A stretch of DNA of 64,000 bases from NCBI RefSeq assembly GCF_009914755.1, contig NC_060944.1; one strand, written 5' to 3'. This DNA comes from the human T2T-CHM13v2.0 reference genome, Homo sapiens. Both the position numbers and the translations under genes were made by a program. The notes under the pieces were generated by a model. The model saw only the letters and a program-made list of their open reading frames with translations, had not been told where the DNA came from and searched no databases. This document shows positions 60,693-64,000 of this stretch, piece after piece (positions within the stretch are counted from its first letter, which is position 1; the number at the start of each line of letters is the position of its first letter).

Positions 60693-61250
60693 GCTCCCAT
60701 TACCTCTCACTCTCTAATACTTAGGGGCTGAGATATTTACAAGGGAATTCAGTGACCCTTAATTCAATGAACAGATATCTTTAAATTTGTTTAAAATGTT
60801 CAACAACACACACACACACCTAAAATCATTTTCTGAAGCCTCCACATCATTGATACTAATTCTTGACAAAACACAAGAAAAGAACAATCTGACATATAAA
60901 CACTGATGCGAAAAGTCTTAAAATGTTAACAAAAACAAAAGAAACAAAAACTTAGCACATGAAAAGAATGATTCTATGCCCAAATGAGGTTTATAACCTG
61001 AAGGATAACTAACATATTTAGTGCTCAATGGCTATAAAGCCCATGATGTTGTAAAGATAATAAAAAGACATTTTGTTAAATATTTGTTATATAAGAATAA
61101 TTTCATAACATAATTTTTGAAGACATATGTAGATATAAAAACAATTAGAATATATAAAGGGATAATAAACTTTATTTCAAAATTGAAAATATATATTTTA
61201 AAATCAGCACATAAATTCAATAAGAAATATATAGTATCTTAAAAATATAT

Positions 61251-61642
61251 TGTATTGAACTGAATTTTCATCCCTAAAATTCACCTGTTGAAGTCTCAAC
61301 CCTCAACTGACTGCATTTAAAGATAGGACTTTCAAAAGGCTAAAGTCAAATGAGGTTATAAGGGTGGGACCTTAATGAATAGGAGAAGTGTCCTTATAAG
61401 AAGAAGAAAAGACCCCAGAGATCTGTTTCAGTACATGTATAGAGGACACAGTAGGACCACTGTGTGTGTGCAGATGGACAAGGTGACGATCTACAAGCCA
61501 GGAAAACAGGCCTGACCAGAAACCAGCCCTGACACCTTGATGTCAGACTTCCAGCCTTCAGAACTGTGAGAAAATAAATTATTGTTGTTTAAGCCACCAG
61601 TTTTGTAGTATTTTGTTATTACAGCCCAGGCAAACTACTATA
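61251..61642 (+). mobile_element. MLT1A-like solo LTR
   Basis: 'aaaattcacctgttgaagtc...aaatgaggttataagggtggg...agaactgtgagaaaataaatt'. Confidence 0.85.
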
Positions 61643-62169
61643 CCTATAAAGCATAATTACTAGGATTTAGACAGTATTGATACATTAAAAGATATTTGTC
61701 ACTTTTGGCTAAGATAACTCAATCTTACTAAGAAGTCAACTCTCCCTAAATTAGTATGTGAATGTAGTATGATCCTTATTAAAATTCCAAAAAGTGTATT
61801 TCATTGAGTTGTAGGTTTTTTCTTTTTTGGAAGGAAGCCAATTAATTAAGGTCTCAGGAAAAAATAATCACACACACACACACACAAAATTTTTTGAAAA
61901 GGCAATGTAAGTAGGTGGTAGGATTAACCTTGAAAGAGAAAACATTATGAAGTTGGAGTAATCTAATGAGATAATAAATGTAAATTGCTTAGCACAATGC
62001 TTGACACAGGAATGGAAAGATTAATGAGACAAAACTGAATGAAGAAAACAGACAAATACAGATGGGGATTTAATTTATGACAAAGCTTGCATTTTGTATC
62101 AGTGGGGAAAGACAAATTATTCAATGAATGACTTTGGGACACCTGAGAAGTGTTCTAAAAATAAAATCA

Positions 62170-62478
62170 GGCCGGGGGGCGGTGGCTCACGCCTGTAATC
62201 CCAGCACTTTGGGAAGCCAACGTGGGCAGATCACGAGGTCAGGAAATCGAGACGATCCTGGCTAACAGGGTGAAACCCTGTCTTTGCTAAAAATACAAAA
62301 ACAAAATTAGCCGGGAGTGGTATCTGGTGCCTGTAGTCCCAGATATTCGGGAGGCTGAGGCGAGAGAATGGCATGAACCCAGGAGGTGTAGCTTGCAGTG
62401 AGAAATCGCGCCACTGCACTCCAGCCTGGGAGGCAGAGCGAGACCCCGTCTCAAAAACAAAAATTTAAAAAAAAAAAA
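62170..62478 (+). mobile_element. AluY-family element (linker aaaaatacaaaaacaaaattagcc)
   Basis: atcctggctaac, gaatggcatgaacc, gcttgcagt. Confidence 0.88.
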
Positions 62479-62805
62479 GTGAATCTCTACATTATTTCTT
62501 TCACCAAAAATCATCTCAAATGGGTCAATGATATAAAGCCTTAAAAGCACTAGAAGAAAACATGGTAGTTTAAAAAAATAACATTTCTTTCTATTAAAGA
62601 TCTTTATAAGCAAGATCTTTCTAATCTTGAAATAAGGACTATCTTTCTAAGAAACAGATTATAAATCTTACTGTATTCAAATGTTTCTGTTTGCTTTTAT
62701 TGTGGAGAGACAAATGACTAACAAGGTAAAAGTATTTAAAGTTCATGTAATACTACTTTCTCTACTTTATCAAGAACACTTAATTTAAAAGAAACAACAT
62801 CTCAA

Positions 62806-62854
62806 GGTGGCTTCATGGCGCAATGGATAGCACATTGGACTTCTAGTGACCAAA
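62806..62854 (+). pseudogene. tRNA-Arg(TCT) 5'-half retropseudogene including the start of the intron
   Basis: ggcttcatggcgcaatggatagcacattggacttcta+gtgac; anticodon tct at 62842-62844; no T-arm. Confidence 0.85.
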
Positions 62855-62921
62855 AAATAAAGATCATCCCAATTTATAAAAATGAGAAATAACTTTAACA
62901 TGGTGTTTGTAGGAGGAATAA

Positions 62922-63260
<339 letters not shown>

Positions 63261-63647
63261 AATTTAATTTTTTTAAAAAGACCAACATGTAGTACTTGGT
63301 GAGGATGGGAAGAAACAGGATTTTTCAGGCCCTATTATGTAAGTGAAGATCGGTGCACACTCTCTGGAAAGCAACTTGGCAGTATTTATAAAAATATAAA
63401 ATGCACAGAATGATGGTTCTGGCAATCCAACGCTAAGTATTTGTTGTGTAGCATGCCCTTTGTTTGTCCAAAAGTATATGGACAAGGATGTTCGTTGCAA
63501 CATTGATTAGAAAAGACCGGAAACAACCTACATACCTCCTGGTAATAAAATAGTTGAACAAGCAAACAAACATAAACAATCCATACAAGGTTTATGTATT
63601 TCTTACAAACAGGATTTAAATAATTTAATAATAAAGGACATGAGGTA

Positions 63648-63848
63648 CAAGGGTTTGCAAACTTTTACTGTGTAAGGCCAGATAGTAAATATTTTAGGCT
63701 TTGTTTGTGTACCATCTGGCCTCATTAACAATTCTTCAACTCTGCTATTACAGAAACAAATGGGTGTGCCTGTGTTTCCGTATAATTATATTTACAAAAC
63801 TGGATGGCAAGCCAGATTTGACCCTTGGGCTGTAGTTTTTCCACTCTG
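63648..63848 (+). mobile_element. MER58A (hAT-Charlie)
   Basis: 'ggccagatagtaaatattttaggctttg...tatttacaaaactggatggcaagccagatttg'. Confidence 0.85.
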
Positions 63849-64000
63849 ATTTAATGGATTTATTTATGGATAAGTGAGTGATCCATACTTATTAATGAAT
63901 TGGATATATAGATTGTGAATTTTATGGATAAATCTTCCATACATGATTTAATTATATATGTTATGTTATCCCTATTATGTATTTTATATACATGGATATT

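Noticed and set aside
62809-62850. Functional tRNA-Arg gene
   Set aside because: No T-arm/B-box or 3' acceptor strand

Overview
This is primate, most likely human, AT-rich intergenic or intronic DNA dominated by interspersed repeats. I see no recognisable host protein-coding gene, rRNA, CRISPR array or prokaryotic system, and no well-supported new biological system. Main features: (1) a full-length L1HS Ta-0 (36816-42809) with intact ORF1 and antisense ORF0 but an ORF2 broken by a +1 frameshift and a 75-bp deletion; (2) an L1PA3 insertion that looks like a twin-primed inversion carrying a ~425-bp 3' transduction (25304-28415); (3) an old 5'-inverted L1M (14376-19745) splitting a MER5-type element; (4) a near-full-length degraded L1PA16/L1PB-like element (42937-49288); (5) eleven Alus plus a FLAM, several MaLR/ERVL solo LTRs, hAT/TcMar DNA transposon fossils, MIR/L2 fragments, a hairpin-unit 36-bp minisatellite and a tailless unspliced tRNA-Arg(TCT) 5'-half retrocopy. 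The most interesting signals are structural and are hidden by ordinary repeat masking: the inverted transduction, the pre-tRNA retrocopy, several template-switch-like palindromes, an ancient ~200-bp local duplication and a few candidate exons. Subfamily calls come from remembered consensus diagnostics, not from a run of RepeatMasker.
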